64,000 nucleotides of DNA. Source: an uncultured Chloroflexia bacterium (GTDB taxonomy: Bacteria; Chloroflexota; Limnocylindria; Limnocylindrales; CSP1-4). The DNA lies in contig CAWJHK010000015.1 of assembly GCA_963842695.1 (NCBI GenBank), forward strand, positions 4,834 to 68,833, in the 5' to 3' direction. Below are positions 50,572 to 60,311 of this stretch, in pieces. Within the stretch, counting starts at the first letter, position 1. Each line of letters opens with the position of its first letter. A program made the translations under genes and the position numbers. The notes under the pieces were generated by a model. The model searched no databases. It worked only from the letters and a program-made list of their open reading frames with translations, and was not told the origin of the DNA.

Positions 50572-51671
50572 CAGGGCTCGGTCGGTCCTCTGCCGGGGGT
50601 TCCTCGGCCGGCAGGTCCCACAGGCCGGGCATGCCGGGCTCGCTGCGCCGTGGCGGCGGGATCTCGTAGCCGAGCGCCGACAGGTGGGCGCGCGCGAGGT
50701 CGGTGGCGATCCGGCCCTGCGGCGTCCGGTCGAGGAAGCCGAGCCGCAGCAGGAACGGCTCGTAGACGTCCTCGATGGTCTCGGTCTCCTCGGACAGGAC
50801 GGCGGCGAGCGCGGCGACCCCGACCGGGCCCGACGCGAACTTCTGGACGATCGCCGCCAGCAGCTTGCGATCGGTCGAGTCGAGCCCCTCGTCGTCGATC
50901 TCCATGGCCTTCATCGCGGCGGTCGCGATCGCCTCGTCGACCCGCCCGTCGCCGTGGACCTGGGCGTGATCGCGAACGCGCTTGAGCAGCCGGTTGACGA
51001 TCCGCGGCGTGCCCCGTCCACGGCGGGCGATGGCCCGGCTGGCCGCCGCGTCGATCGGCACGTCGAGGATGGCGGCCGAGCGGTCGACGATGGCGATGAG
51101 CTCGGGCTCGGTGTAGAAGTCCAGGCGATACGTGGCCCCGAACCGGTCGCGGAGCGGGCTGCTGATCCGGCCGGCCCGGGTCGTCGCGCCGACGACTGTG
51201 AAGGGCTTGAGGCTGAGGCGCAGCGATCGGGCGGACGGGCCCTTGCCGATCATCACGTCGAGGGCGTAGTCCTCCATCGCCGGGTACAGGATCTCCTCGA
51301 CCGCGCGGTTCAGGCGGTGGATCTCGTCGATGAACAGGACGTCGTGCTCCTCGAGCGAGGTCAGGATGCGCGGCCAGGTCGCCTGCCCGCTCGATCGCGG
51401 GTCCCGAGGCGTACTTGACGTTGACCCGCAGCTCGCGGGCGATGATCGTCGCGAGCGTGGTCTTGCCGAGGCCGGGAGGGCCGTACAGCAGGACGTGGTC
51501 GGCCGCCTCTCCCCTGCCCCGTGCCGCCGCAAGCAGCATCGACAGGTTGGCCTTGACCTCGCGCTGTCCGATGTACTCGTCGAGCGTGCGCGGCCGGAGG
51601 CTGCCCTCGATGACGAGGTCGCCGGCTTCCTCGAGATCCGCCGAGAGGATTCGCGAAACGTCGTCGGCCAT
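50571..51671 (-). pseudogene. ruvB: Holliday junction helicase RuvB, 2 frame breaks (near 51370 and 50597)
   Basis: [67 protein letters not shown] is followed by [48 protein letters not shown].. in another frame. The original frame is restored in the GGGGG run at 50595-50599. Confidence 0.95.
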
Positions 51672-51904
51672 TCGTGGCGAGTGTAGCACCGGGACGCCGT
51701 TTCGCACGGATGTTCTGTACGGCCCGAGTGGCCCACGAGGCGACCGCACCGGGCTCGCGTCTAAAGGGTCGGCCGGAGCACCGCGTTCGAAATGAAGGGT
51801 CGGACCACCGCCGGATCGGTCGATCTCGCGATGCCCCGTGACCGCACCGGGCCCTACGGTGTCACCAACGACCTCGGTCTCCGAGGCGCTACAGGGAGAT
51901 CGAG

Positions 51905-52138
51905 ATGCATACCGTGCAGGCCTACGCCGCGATGATGGATCCGGACCGCGAACGAGCGATGACCCGGCGAGCCCTCGAGCGAGCCGCCAGGGCGGGTGGC
52001 GAGCAGCGCCCCGGTCTGGCCCGCGGTGGGTTCACGTCCTTCGCCAAGCTCCTCCGGACGGCCGGCACGACGATCACCCACATCAGTCTCGGTGGCCCGA
52101 GCTCGACCCTGCGCCCGAGCGGTTCGACCGGCATCTGA
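51905..52138 (+). CDS. Small hypothetical ORF (77 aa)
   Basis: GGGAGA Shine-Dalgarno 6 nt before the ATG, and reasonable GC3. It is followed immediately by a perfect 14-bp hairpin. No family recognised. Confidence 0.35.
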   Translation: MHTVQAYAAMMDPDRERAMTRRALERAARAGGEQRPGLARGGFTSFAKLLRTAGTTITHISLGGPSSTLRPSGSTGI

Positions 52139-52150
52139 CCGAAGTCTTCC

Positions 52151-52189
52151 GAGGCCCTGTTCGCTCTGCGGGGAAGCGAACAGGGCCTC
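52151..52189 (+). terminator. Perfect 14-bp stem / 11-nt loop hairpin downstream of the small ORF
   Basis: GAGGCCCTGTTCGC-tctgcggggaa-GCGAACAGGGCCTC, followed by TATT. Confidence 0.55.
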
Positions 52190-52255
52190 TATTCGTGCGC
52201 GCCGGCCGCGAATCACCCTCGGTCGACGAGACGACAGGGCCTATCATCCGCGGAG

Positions 52256-55200
52256 ATGGCTCGCCGTCTCTCCAGCCCCGTCTTCATCGGTCGATCGGCA
52301 GAGCTCAACGGGCTCCTGTCGGCGGCCGATGCCGCCGCGGCCGGGGAGCCGTCGATGATCCTCGTCAGCGGCGAGGCAGGCGTCGGGAAGACCCGCCTCG
52401 TCGACGAGGCGGCGACCGTCCTCCGGGATCGTGGCTGGCTCGTCCTCGAAGGGGGGTCGGTCGCATTCGGCGACGACGGCCTGCCGTTCGCCCCGATCGT
52501 CGAGGCGCTCCGCGAGCTCGTCCGCGACGTGGATCCGGAACGGATCGCCGCCGCTGCGGGAGCCAGCCTTCCCGAGCTGGCGCGTCTTGTCCCCGAGCTG
52601 TCGGCCGCCGCCGGCGAGAGCGGCCCGATGCCGACCAGCCAGGCGGACTGGCGCCAGATCCGGATCTTCGACGGGATCCTCCGCCTGCTGGGCGGGCTCG
52701 CCGAGAGCGCGCCGATCATGCTGGTCGTGGAGGATCTCCACTGGGCGGACCGGTCGACGCGCGACCTGCTGTCGTACGTCGTCCGGAACACCCGTGACGA
52801 GCGGCTTCTCGTGGTCGCGACCTTCCGGATGGACGAGCTGCACCGCCGACATCCGCTGACCGGCTGGCTCGCCGAATCGGAGCGGCAACCGCGCGTCGAG
52901 CGCATCGATCTGACCCGGTTCGCCCGGTCGGAGCTCGTCGAGCTGCTCACTGCCATCTCCGGCGAGCCGCCCGCCCCTCGGCTCGTCGAATCGATCGCGC
53001 GCCGCTCGGACGGCAACGCCTTCTTCGCCGAGGAGCTGGTGGCCGCCGTCGACGAGCAGGGTCAGGTCCGCGATCGGCTGCCCGAGACACTGCGCGACGT
53101 GCTGCTGGTCCGCCTGTCGGCGCGGACGGAGAAGGCCGGGCGCCTGATCGAGGTGGCGGCGGTCGCCGGGCGGCACGTCGAGCACGACGTCCTCGCCGAG
53201 GTCTGCGAGCTGAGAGAAGCCGACCTCCGGGCGGCGCTGCACGAGGCGGTCGACGCCCAGCTGCTGGTGGTCGAGCCTGTCGACGGCCCCGAGAAGTACC
53301 AGTTCCGCCACGCCCTCGTCCAGGAAGCGGCGTACGACCGGTTGCTGCCATCGGAGCGTCGCGGCCTCCACGCCGCCTACGCTCGCTCCATCGAGGCACG
53401 CCCGGCTGGTGGCGGGGCGGCCGAGGCCAGCCGCCTGGTCGAGCTCGCACATCATTACGCGGCCGCCAACGACCCGACGCGCGGGCTGACGGTGGCCATC
53501 AAGGCCGCGGATTCGTCGCGCGCCGTGTACGCCTATGCGGAGGCGGCGCGCCAGTACGAGCGAGCCATCGAGCTGTGGGACACCGTCCCCGAAGCGGACC
53601 GGCCGCCCGGGCGGGACCTCGCCGACCTGTACGACGCCGCGAGCGAGGCGGCAACCGTGGTCGGCGACGGGTCGCGGGCCGTCGATCTGGCTCGGCGGGC
53701 GATGGATCTCGTCGAACGCGGGCCTGATCCCGGCACGCTCGAACGACGTGCGCGCGCCAAGGAACGGCTCGGGACGGCGAGCTGGCTGGCCGGTGACATG
53801 CCGACCTCGATCAGGCTCCTCGAGGAAGCCGTCGGTCTTCTCGACGGGGCACCGCCGTCGATCGACCAGGGGCGGGTGCTGTCGGGGCTGGCCGGCAACC
53901 TCATGCTGGCCGGCCGATCGCGTGAATCGATCACCTTCGCGGAACGGGCGATCGAGTGCGCCCGGACATTCGGCGACCGCCCGCTCGAGTCCCGTGCGCT
54001 GAACATCCTGGGCGTCGACCGGGCGGCGCTCGGCGACATCGCCGGTGGCATCGAGCTGCTGCGCGAGGCCCTGGCGATCGCGATCTCGCTCGGCGACCCG
54101 ATCGAAGTCCCGCGGACCCACGCCAACCTCGGGACGATCCTCGAGCAGGGCGGCTTCGTGGAGGAGGCCCTCGCCGTCTCGGTTGCCGGCGTCGAGGCGA
54201 CGGAGTTCTACGGCAGCGATCTCGGGTTCGTGATCTTCCTCGCGGTGAACGCCGCCTCGATGCTCATCGAGCTGGGCCGCTACGAGGAGGCGGCGGACTG
54301 GCTCGAGCGCCAGATCCCAAGGGTCCGACCAGGTGTCAACCGGATCCACTTCCACGGGGCGCGAGCCCATCTGCTGCTGCTCACCGGCGACCTCCCGGGG
54401 GCACGCCGGGACATCGACATCGCCCAGGCGGAGGCCTCCCGGATCGCTGACGCCCAGTACGTCATCGATTTTTACTCGTTCGGGGCGGAGATCGAGCTGT
54501 GGGCCGGGGATCCAGCGAGCGCGCTGCGGATCGCACAGGACGGCTTCGAGCGCCTGGTCGAGACGGATGACGCCATCATCATCGGTCAGCTGGCGATGCC
54601 GGCCGCGCATGCCGGCGCGGACCTCGCCGTCCGGGCGAGAGCGGCGCGTGACGCGGACGGTGCCGCGGCGGCGATCGAGGCGGTCGAGGACGTGATCGAG
54701 CGCTACCGCGCGTCGACCGGCAGGCTCGCCGAGCCCGACGAGCTCGCGAACCAGGAGATCGGCTGGCGGATGGCACTCTGCGCGGCTGAGCTGGCCCGCG
54801 CGAAGGGCGAAGACGACCCGAAGGGGTGGGACGCCATCCGGCCGGCCGTGGCCGCGCGCCCGGCGCCGTTCCTCGAGGCGTACGTGCTGTGGCGCCGGTC
54901 CGAGGCGGCGGCCGCCACCGACGGCCCGCCGGCGGCGATCTCATCTGTTCGGGAGGCCCACGCCATCGCGTCGCGCATCGGAGCCCGCCTGCTGGTCGCG
55001 CGCATCGAGGGCCTCGCCCGTCGCCTGCGCGTCGATCCGTCGCCGGGGGCGGTCGCCGGCGTGACCGCGGCCGAGGAGGCCGCCAGTGCGGCGCCGCCTG
55101 ACCCGTTCGGGTTGACCGGCCGCGAGCGCGAGGTCCTGGCGCTCGTCGCCGAGGGCTACACGAACAAGAAGATCGCCGAGACGCTGTTCATCAGCGAGAG

Positions 55201-55315
55201 CACGGCCGGCGTCCACGTCTCGAACATCCTCGGCAAGCTCGGTGTCGCGACGCGGACCGAGGCGGCGGCGGTGGCGGTGCGGCTCGGGCTCGACCGGTCG
55301 GTCATCGCGCCCTGA
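52256..55315 (+). CDS. Large ATP-binding LuxR-family regulator (LAL / MalT-like: AAA NTPase + TPR-like repeats + LuxR HTH)
   Basis: Walker A SGEAGVGKTRL, Walker B MLVVEDLHWAD, a long helical-repeat middle, and C-terminal LTGREREVLALVAEGYTNKKIAETLFISESTAGVHVSNILGKLGV. Intact 1019 aa. Confidence 0.85.
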   Translation: MARRLSSPVFIGRSAELNGLLSAADAAAAGEPSMILVSGEAGVGKTRLVDEAATVLRDRGWLVLEGGSVAFGDDGLPFAPIVEALRELVRDVDPERIAAAAGASLPELARLVPELSAAAGESGPMPTSQADWRQIRIFDGILRLLGGLAESAPIMLVVEDLHWADRSTRDLLSYVVRNTRDERLLVVATFRMDELHRRHPLTGWLAESERQPRVERIDLTRFARSELVELLTAISGEPPAPRLVESIARRSDGNAFFAEELVAAVDEQGQVRDRLPETLRDVLLVRLSARTEKAGRLIEVAAVAGRHVEHDVLAEVCELREADLRAALHEAVDAQLLVVEPVDGPEKYQFRHALVQEAAYDRLLPSERRGLHAAYARSIEARPAGGGAAEASRLVELAHHYAAANDPTRGLTVAIKAADSSRAVYAYAEAARQYERAIELWDTVPEADRPPGRDLADLYDAASEAATVVGDGSRAVDLARRAMDLVERGPDPGTLERRARAKERLGTASWLAGDMPTSIRLLEEAVGLLDGAPPSIDQGRVLSGLAGNLMLAGRSRESITFAERAIECARTFGDRPLESRALNILGVDRAALGDIAGGIELLREALAIAISLGDPIEVPRTHANLGTILEQGGFVEEALAVSVAGVEATEFYGSDLGFVIFLAVNAASMLIELGRYEEAADWLERQIPRVRPGVNRIHFHGARAHLLLLTGDLPGARRDIDIAQAEASRIADAQYVIDFYSFGAEIELWAGDPASALRIAQDGFERLVETDDAIIIGQLAMPAAHAGADLAVRARAARDADGAAAAIEAVEDVIERYRASTGRLAEPDELANQEIGWRMALCAAELARAKGEDDPKGWDAIRPAVAARPAPFLEAYVLWRRSEAAAATDGPPAAISSVREAHAIASRIGARLLVARIEGLARRLRVDPSPGAVAGVTAAEEAASAAPPDPFGLTGREREVLALVAEGYTNKKIAETLFISESTAGVHVSNILGKLGVATRTEAAAVAVRLGLDRSVIAP

Positions 55316-55495
55316 ACGGCACGGGCCTCGAGGCCCCGGCCCACCACGGACCTGACGGGCGCCTAAAGGGTCGCCGCGCCCGATCCAACGGTCGAGGCCC
55401 CGCGATTGTGGGTGATCGCCGGATGGCAGCGCGCCCGCCCGCTCGTAGCGTGATCCCATCGACCTCACGAGAGGCCGACGACACGGGAGAACGAG

Positions 55496-55971
55496 ATGAG
55501 CACCTCCGCGAAGCGCGATCGCACCACCGCTCGGCTGCGGGTGAAGTTGGCCACCGGCCTCGCCGGCCTGGCCATCGCAGGCGCGATCGTCGCCGCCTGC
55601 TCGACGGCGAGCGCGGGGGGCGCCGCCACCAAGCCAGCGCCCGGCCAGTACCGTCTGCCGGACTCTGCGGCTCCCCGCGAACACCGGTTCCGAGCCCGGC
55701 CAGTACCGTCTGCCGGACTCGGCGGCTCCCGCCGCGAACACCGGTTCCGAGCCCGGCCAGTACCGTCTGCCGGACTCGGCGGCTCCGGCCGCGAACACCG
55801 GTTCCGAGCCCGGCCAGTACCGTCTGCCGGACTCGGCGGCTCCCGCTGCGACCCCGGCCAGTACCGTCTGCCGGACTCGGCGGCTCCGCCGCGAAGCCGG
55901 CTCCGGGCACGTACTCCACCTATCCCGGTGACAGCCGCGAGTCGCTCCGTTTCGAGCACCTCGCCAAGTAA
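55496..55971 (+). pseudogene. Small lipoprotein built mostly of a 19-aa tandem repeat; frame breaks inside the repeat array
   Basis: GGGAGA Shine-Dalgarno, then signal peptide plus lipobox (LAIAGAIVAAC|S) and repeats PGQYRLPDSAAPAANTGSE. The natural-looking end KPAPGTYSTYPGDSRESLRFEHLAK* (stop 55969-55971) is in the frame of ORF 55408..55971. Small indels near 55675, 55850 and 55885 break continuity. Confidence 0.6.
55640..55895 (+). repeat. Tandem direct repeat, consensus unit 57 bp, about 4.5 copies
   Basis: CCCGGCCAGTACCGTCTGCCGGACTC.. starts at 55640, 55695, 55752, 55809 and 55853. Unit lengths are therefore 55, 57, 57 and 44, followed by a partial unit. Confidence 0.9.
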
Positions 55972-56006
55972 CGCGCCTCGGCGACACGACCCGAGACCGT
56001 CGATCC

Positions 56007-56037
56007 GCGACCTGGTACGGCCCTGCCACCAGGTCGC
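56007..56037. terminator. Perfect 10-bp stem / 11-nt loop hairpin between the convergent lipoprotein gene and ruvA
   Basis: GCGACCTGGT-acggccctgcc-ACCAGGTCGC. Confidence 0.6.
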
Positions 56038-56095
56038 GGCTCATGGCGGGCCGAGGATCCGGCGGTCCCGCTCGCGTGCCTCGGCCGCCGAGCGC

Positions 56096-56692
56096 TCAGT
56101 CGCGCAGCAGGCTCCGAAGCGCGGCCTTGACCCGATCCTCCAGCGTGCCGCCGATCGTGGGGTCGGCGAGCGCGATCCGGGACGCCTCTCGCGCCTCGGC
56201 CAGTGAATAGCCCAGGGCCTGGAGCGCAGCGACCACCTCGCTCTCGGCGGCGCCCGTTCCCGACCCGTAGGCCGTCGTGGCGGCCACGCCCGCCGCGGCG
56301 ACCTTCTCCTTGAGCTCGAAGATGATCCGCTCGGCGAGCTTCTTGCCGATGCCCGGGATCGTCACCAGCACGGCCTGATCCTGGGCCATGATCGCGAGCT
56401 GGAGGTCGGGCGTCGGGCGCGACCCGACGATCGCCAGCGCAACCTTGGGTCCGACGCCGTTGACCGTCAGCAGGAGCGTGAAGAAGCCGAGCTCCTCGGT
56501 CGTGCGAAAGCCATACAGCGCCTGCTGGTCCTCGCGGACCAGGTGGTAGGTGTGCAGCTTGAGGCGGCTCCCCGGCTGGGCCGTGGCGAGGATCGCCGGC
56601 GCAGCGAACACCCGGTAGCCGATGCCGCCGACCTCGATGACGAGGGAATCTGCGGCCACCGCCCCGACGACCCCCTCCACCGACGCGATCAC
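56096..56692 (-). CDS. ruvA: Holliday junction DNA-binding protein RuvA
   Basis: MIASVEGVV..VIEVGGIGYRV.., HhH motifs ..LLTVNGVGPKVALAI.. and ..IPGIGKKLAERI... Confidence 0.95.
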   Translation of the reverse strand: MIASVEGVVGAVAADSLVIEVGGIGYRVFAAPAILATAQPGSRLKLHTYHLVREDQQALYGFRTTEELGFFTLLLTVNGVGPKVALAIVGSRPTPDLQLAIMAQDQAVLVTIPGIGKKLAERIIFELKEKVAAAGVAATTAYGSGTGAAESEVVAALQALGYSLAEAREASRIALADPTIGGTLEDRVKAALRSLLRD

Positions 56693-56716
56693 GCGGCGGG
56701 CGGACGTCCGGTCACG

Positions 56717-57337
56717 TCAGGAGGCCGTGCGCTTGTCGGCCCGCTCCGCGCGCTCGGCTCGCTCGGCGGCGAGGGCCTCGCGGACGGCTCGTTCGTAGCC
56801 CGTCTCGCCGCGGCGGATCGGCGGGACGGCGGCCCGGTCGAGGACGGCGGCACCGACCGTCGACACGGCATGGTCCGTGTTGGCCACCCAGGTCGCGATG
56901 GCGAGCGCGTCGGCGGCATCGTCGGGTCGGGGCCGCTCGCTCATGCCGAGCACGAGCTGGACCATCCGCCCGACCTGCTCCTTGTCGGCGGCCCCGTAGC
57001 CCGCGACCGCACTCTTGACCTCGCTCGGGGTGGCCTCGCGCACGGGCAGGCTGTGCTCGGCGGCCGCGAGCAGGACCACGCCGCGCGCCTGGCCCACGGC
57101 GAGCGCCGTTTGCACGTTGCGGGAGAAGAAGAGCCGCTCGACGCCGACGACGTCCGGCTCGTGCAGGGAGATCAGCTCGTCGACGAGCGCATGGATGGCC
57201 AGCAGCCGCTCCGGCAGCGAGCTGTCCGGGCTCGTCGTCAGGCAGCCGTGGTCCACCTCGCGGAGGCGCCCGCCGGTCCGTTCGACGATCCCGTAGCCGA
57301 GAGCGGCCGTCCCCGGGTCGATCCCGAGGACCTTCAC
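56717..57337 (-). CDS. ruvC: Crossover junction endodeoxyribonuclease RuvC (with a C-terminal extension)
   Basis: VKVLGIDPGTAALGYGIV..VGVERLFF..KSAVAGYGAADKEQV..DDAADALAIA. The GTG overlaps the yebC stop (GTGA). Confidence 0.95.
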   Translation of the reverse strand: MKVLGIDPGTAALGYGIVERTGGRLREVDHGCLTTSPDSSLPERLLAIHALVDELISLHEPDVVGVERLFFSRNVQTALAVGQARGVVLLAAAEHSLPVREATPSEVKSAVAGYGAADKEQVGRMVQLVLGMSERPRPDDAADALAIATWVANTDHAVSTVGAAVLDRAAVPPIRRGETGYERAVREALAAERAERAERADKRTAS

Positions 57338-58086
57338 CCGGCGACCTCGGCGTAGACGTCCTCGGGGATGTCGAAGTTGGCCGTCACGCGCTGGACGTCG
57401 TCGAGGTCCTCGAGCAGCTCGACCAGACGGAGCGCCTGGCGCGCCTTGGACGAGTCGAGCTCGACGGTCTGCTTCGCGATCATCGTCGATTCGGCCGACT
57501 CGACCGGCACGCCCGATGCCTCGAGCGCCCGGCGGACCGCCTCGAGGTCGGACGGCGCGGTGTAGATCTCGATCGACGCGTCACCGTCGGTGTCGACGTC
57601 CTCGGCGCCGGCGTCGATGGCCGACAGCATCACCTCTTCGGGGTCGATCCCGCTCCGCGGAACCTCGATCAGCCCGCGGGGCTCGAACTGCCAGGCCACC
57701 GCGCCCGAGCCCGCCAGCTGGCCGCCGGCCTTGCTGAACATGGAGCGGACCTCCGCCGCGGTCCGGTTGCGGTTGTCGGTTTGCGCCTCGACGAGCACCG
57801 CCACGCCGCCCGGGCCGTAGCCCTCGTAGACGATCTCCTCGAACTGCTCCGCATCGCCGCCGCCGGTCGCCTTGTCGATCGTCCGCTTGATGTTGTCGGC
57901 GGGCATGTTCACCGAGCGCGCCTTCTCGATCGCGAGGCGAAGCCGGTAGTTGCCGTCGGGGTCACCGCCACCCTGGCGGGCCGCCACGGAGATCTCGCGA
58001 GCGACCTTCGTGAAGAGGGCGCCACGCTTGGCATCGGTGACGCCCTTCTGGCGCTTGATCGTGGACCATTTGCTATGACCTGACAT
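57334..58086 (-). CDS. yebC: YebC/PmpR-family transcriptional regulator
   Basis: MSGHSKWSTIKRQKGVTDAKRGALFTKVAREI..NMPADNIKRTIDKA.. is the canonical family N-terminus. Confidence 0.95.
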   Translation of the reverse strand: MSGHSKWSTIKRQKGVTDAKRGALFTKVAREISVAARQGGGDPDGNYRLRLAIEKARSVNMPADNIKRTIDKATGGGDAEQFEEIVYEGYGPGGVAVLVEAQTDNRNRTAAEVRSMFSKAGGQLAGSGAVAWQFEPRGLIEVPRSGIDPEEVMLSAIDAGAEDVDTDGDASIEIYTAPSDLEAVRRALEASGVPVESAESTMIAKQTVELDSSKARQALRLVELLEDLDDVQRVTANFDIPEDVYAEVAG

Positions 58087-58180
58087 CGCGGGGCGGAGTA
58101 TAGCCGACGTATCATGTCGGGACCCCTCGCTCCCCCGGACGTGCCGTGTCCCCTAGAACCAGGAAGGACCGACGAAGCCG

Positions 58181-60278
58181 ATGACCATGAAGAGCGTCGA
58201 CCTCCCCCACCTTCGGAGCGTCGTCCTGGCCGGCCACGCGGGAGCCGGCAAGACGACGCTCGCCGAGCAGCTCCTGTTCAAGGCCGGGGCCATCCCACGC
58301 CTCGGTCAGCGTCGACGACGGGACGGCCCACCTCGACTTCGAGCCCGAGGAGCAGAAGCGTCGCGAGTCGCTCAGCCTCGCGGTCGGCACGTTCGAGTCG
58401 GACGGGACGCGGATCTCGGTCCTCGACACGCCGGGCTATCCGGACTTCGTGGCCGACGTCGTCGAGGGGTTCGCGGCGGTCGATGGTGCGGTCCTGGTGA
58501 TGGACGCCTCGGCCGGCGTCGAGGCCGGGCTCGAGCAGGCGGTCGCCGAGGCTCGGCGCACGAACACCGCCGCCTGCTTCTTCATCAACAAGTGCGACAA
58601 GGAGAACGCCGACCCCTCGGCCGCGCTCGACGCGCTGCGGGCCAGCCTTCGGCAACAAGATCGCGCCGCTCCAGCTCGCCATCGGCGCGGCCGACAAGTT
58701 CACCGGCTACGTCGACCTCGTCCATCGCAAGGCGTGGCAGTGGAAGGGCGGCGGAGGTCGAGATCCCGATCCCGGACGACCTGGTCGACGAGGTGTCGCG
58801 CCGGCGCGACGAGCTGCTCGAGGCGGCCGCGGAGGCCGACGACGACGTGCTGACCAAGTACCTCGAGGGCGAGGAGATCGCCGACGCCGAGCTCGAGGCG
58901 TGCCTGCGCAAGGGCGTCAAGGATTCGATGCTCGCCCCCGTGCTCGTCGGCAGCGCCACGACCGGCATCGGGCTGCAGGCGTTGCTCGACGCGATCGTCC
59001 GCTACCTCCCCTCGCCGGCCGACGAGGGGCCGGCCAAGGCGACCGACAAGTCGGGCGGGACGGTCGAGGTCGCGCCCGACGCGGATGGACCGTTGCTCGT
59101 CCGCGTGTTCAAGACGACCGCCGACCCGTTCGTCGGCCGGCTCACCTACTTCCGCGTCCTGTCGGGCACGCTCCACTCGCAGGCCCACGTGTGGAACAGC
59201 ACGCACGGCGAGGACGAGCGGATCGGCCAGCTGCTGCTGCTCCACGGCAAGGAGCAGGAGCCGATCGGCGAGCTCAAGGCCGGCGAGATCGGCGCCGTCG
59301 CCAAGCTCACCGTCACCGCTACGGGCGACACGCTGAGCGTCCGCGAGAAGCCCGTCGTCCTGGCGCCGCTCAGCTTCCCCGAACCCTCCCTGATGGTCGC
59401 CATCGAGCCGCAGACCAAGGGCGACCTGGACAAGATGGGCCCGGCGCTCGCCCGGATGCTCGAGGAGGAGCCGACCGTCCGGCTCGAGCGCAGCGCGACC
59501 GGCGAGCAGATCCTGCGCACGATGGGCGAGGCCCACGACGCCGTGATCATCGAACGGCTCAAGCGCAAGTTCGGCGCGGCGATCGCGACCCACACGCCTC
59601 GCGTCCCGTACAAGGAGACCATCCGCGGGACGACCAAGGTCCACGGCCGGTACAAGAAGCAGACCGGCGGCCACGGCATGTTCGGCGACGTGTGGCTCGA
59701 GCTCGAGCCGAACCCCGATGGCGGTGTCGAGTTCGCGGAGAAGATCGTCGGCGGCTCGGTACCGAAGGGCTTCTTCCCGGGCGTCGAGAAGGGCATCCGC
59801 GAGGCCGCGGCCGAAGGCGTGCTCGCCGGCTACCCCCTGTCCGACTTCAAGGCCACGCTCTACGACGGGTCGTTCCACACGGTCGACTCGAACGAGCTGT
59901 CGTTCAAGATCGCGGCCTCGATGGCGCTCAAGGACGGCGTCCACCAGGCCAAGCCGGCGCTTCTCGAGCCGATCATGAAGGTCGACATCCGCGTCCCCGA
60001 GGCCTACATGGGCGAGGTCAACCGCGACCTCAACGGCCGTCGCGGCCGCGTCCTCGGCATGGATACCGATGGCGATATCCAGATCATCACCGCGCACGTG
60101 CCCGCAGGCCGAGCTGTTCAACTACGCCACCGAGCTGCGCTCGCTCGCCCAGGGACGCGGTTCGTTCAGCGCGGAGCTGGACCACTACGAGGACGTGCCG
60201 TCGCACATCGCCGAGAAGGTGATCGACGCGCACCAGAAGGAGCTCGCCGCAGCTGGAGGGCACGGCGCCGGTCACTGA
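58181..60278 (+). pseudogene. Elongation factor G paralog (EF-G2-like translational GTPase), 4 frame breaks (near 58307, 58650, 58755, 60100)
   Basis: The pieces are G1 GHAGAGKTTLAEQLLF, VDDGTAHLDFEPEEQKRRESL..VLDTPGYPDFVADVVEG..FINKCDKE, GNKIAPLQLAIGAADKFTGYVDLVHRKAWQWKG, and AEVEIPIPDDL... through domains II-V. The final piece is QAELFNYATELRSLAQGRGSFSAELDHYEDVP..* (ORF 60069..60278). Confidence 0.9.
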
Positions 60279-60311
60279 GCAACGTCTCCGCTGTCCGTGG
60301 ACCCGGGCGCC

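Noticed and set aside
52244-54610. 788-aa ORF on the minus strand
   Set aside because: It is antisense to the intact LAL/LuxR regulator, which has Walker motifs and a LuxR HTH. This is a shadow ORF.
51761-55373. 11-mer CTAAAGGGTCG at 51761-51771 and 55363-55373, bracketing the small ORF and the LAL regulator, as possible att-like direct repeats
   Set aside because: The match is only 11 nt. It does not bracket the whole ruvA-ruvB insert, since the lipoprotein gene lies outside. There is no integrase or transposase. It may be a shared regulatory motif or chance.
55640-55895. Tandem repeats as a possible CRISPR array
   Set aside because: The units are contiguous with no unique spacers. They encode an in-frame peptide repeat inside a lipoprotein gene. 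No cas genes occur in the window.
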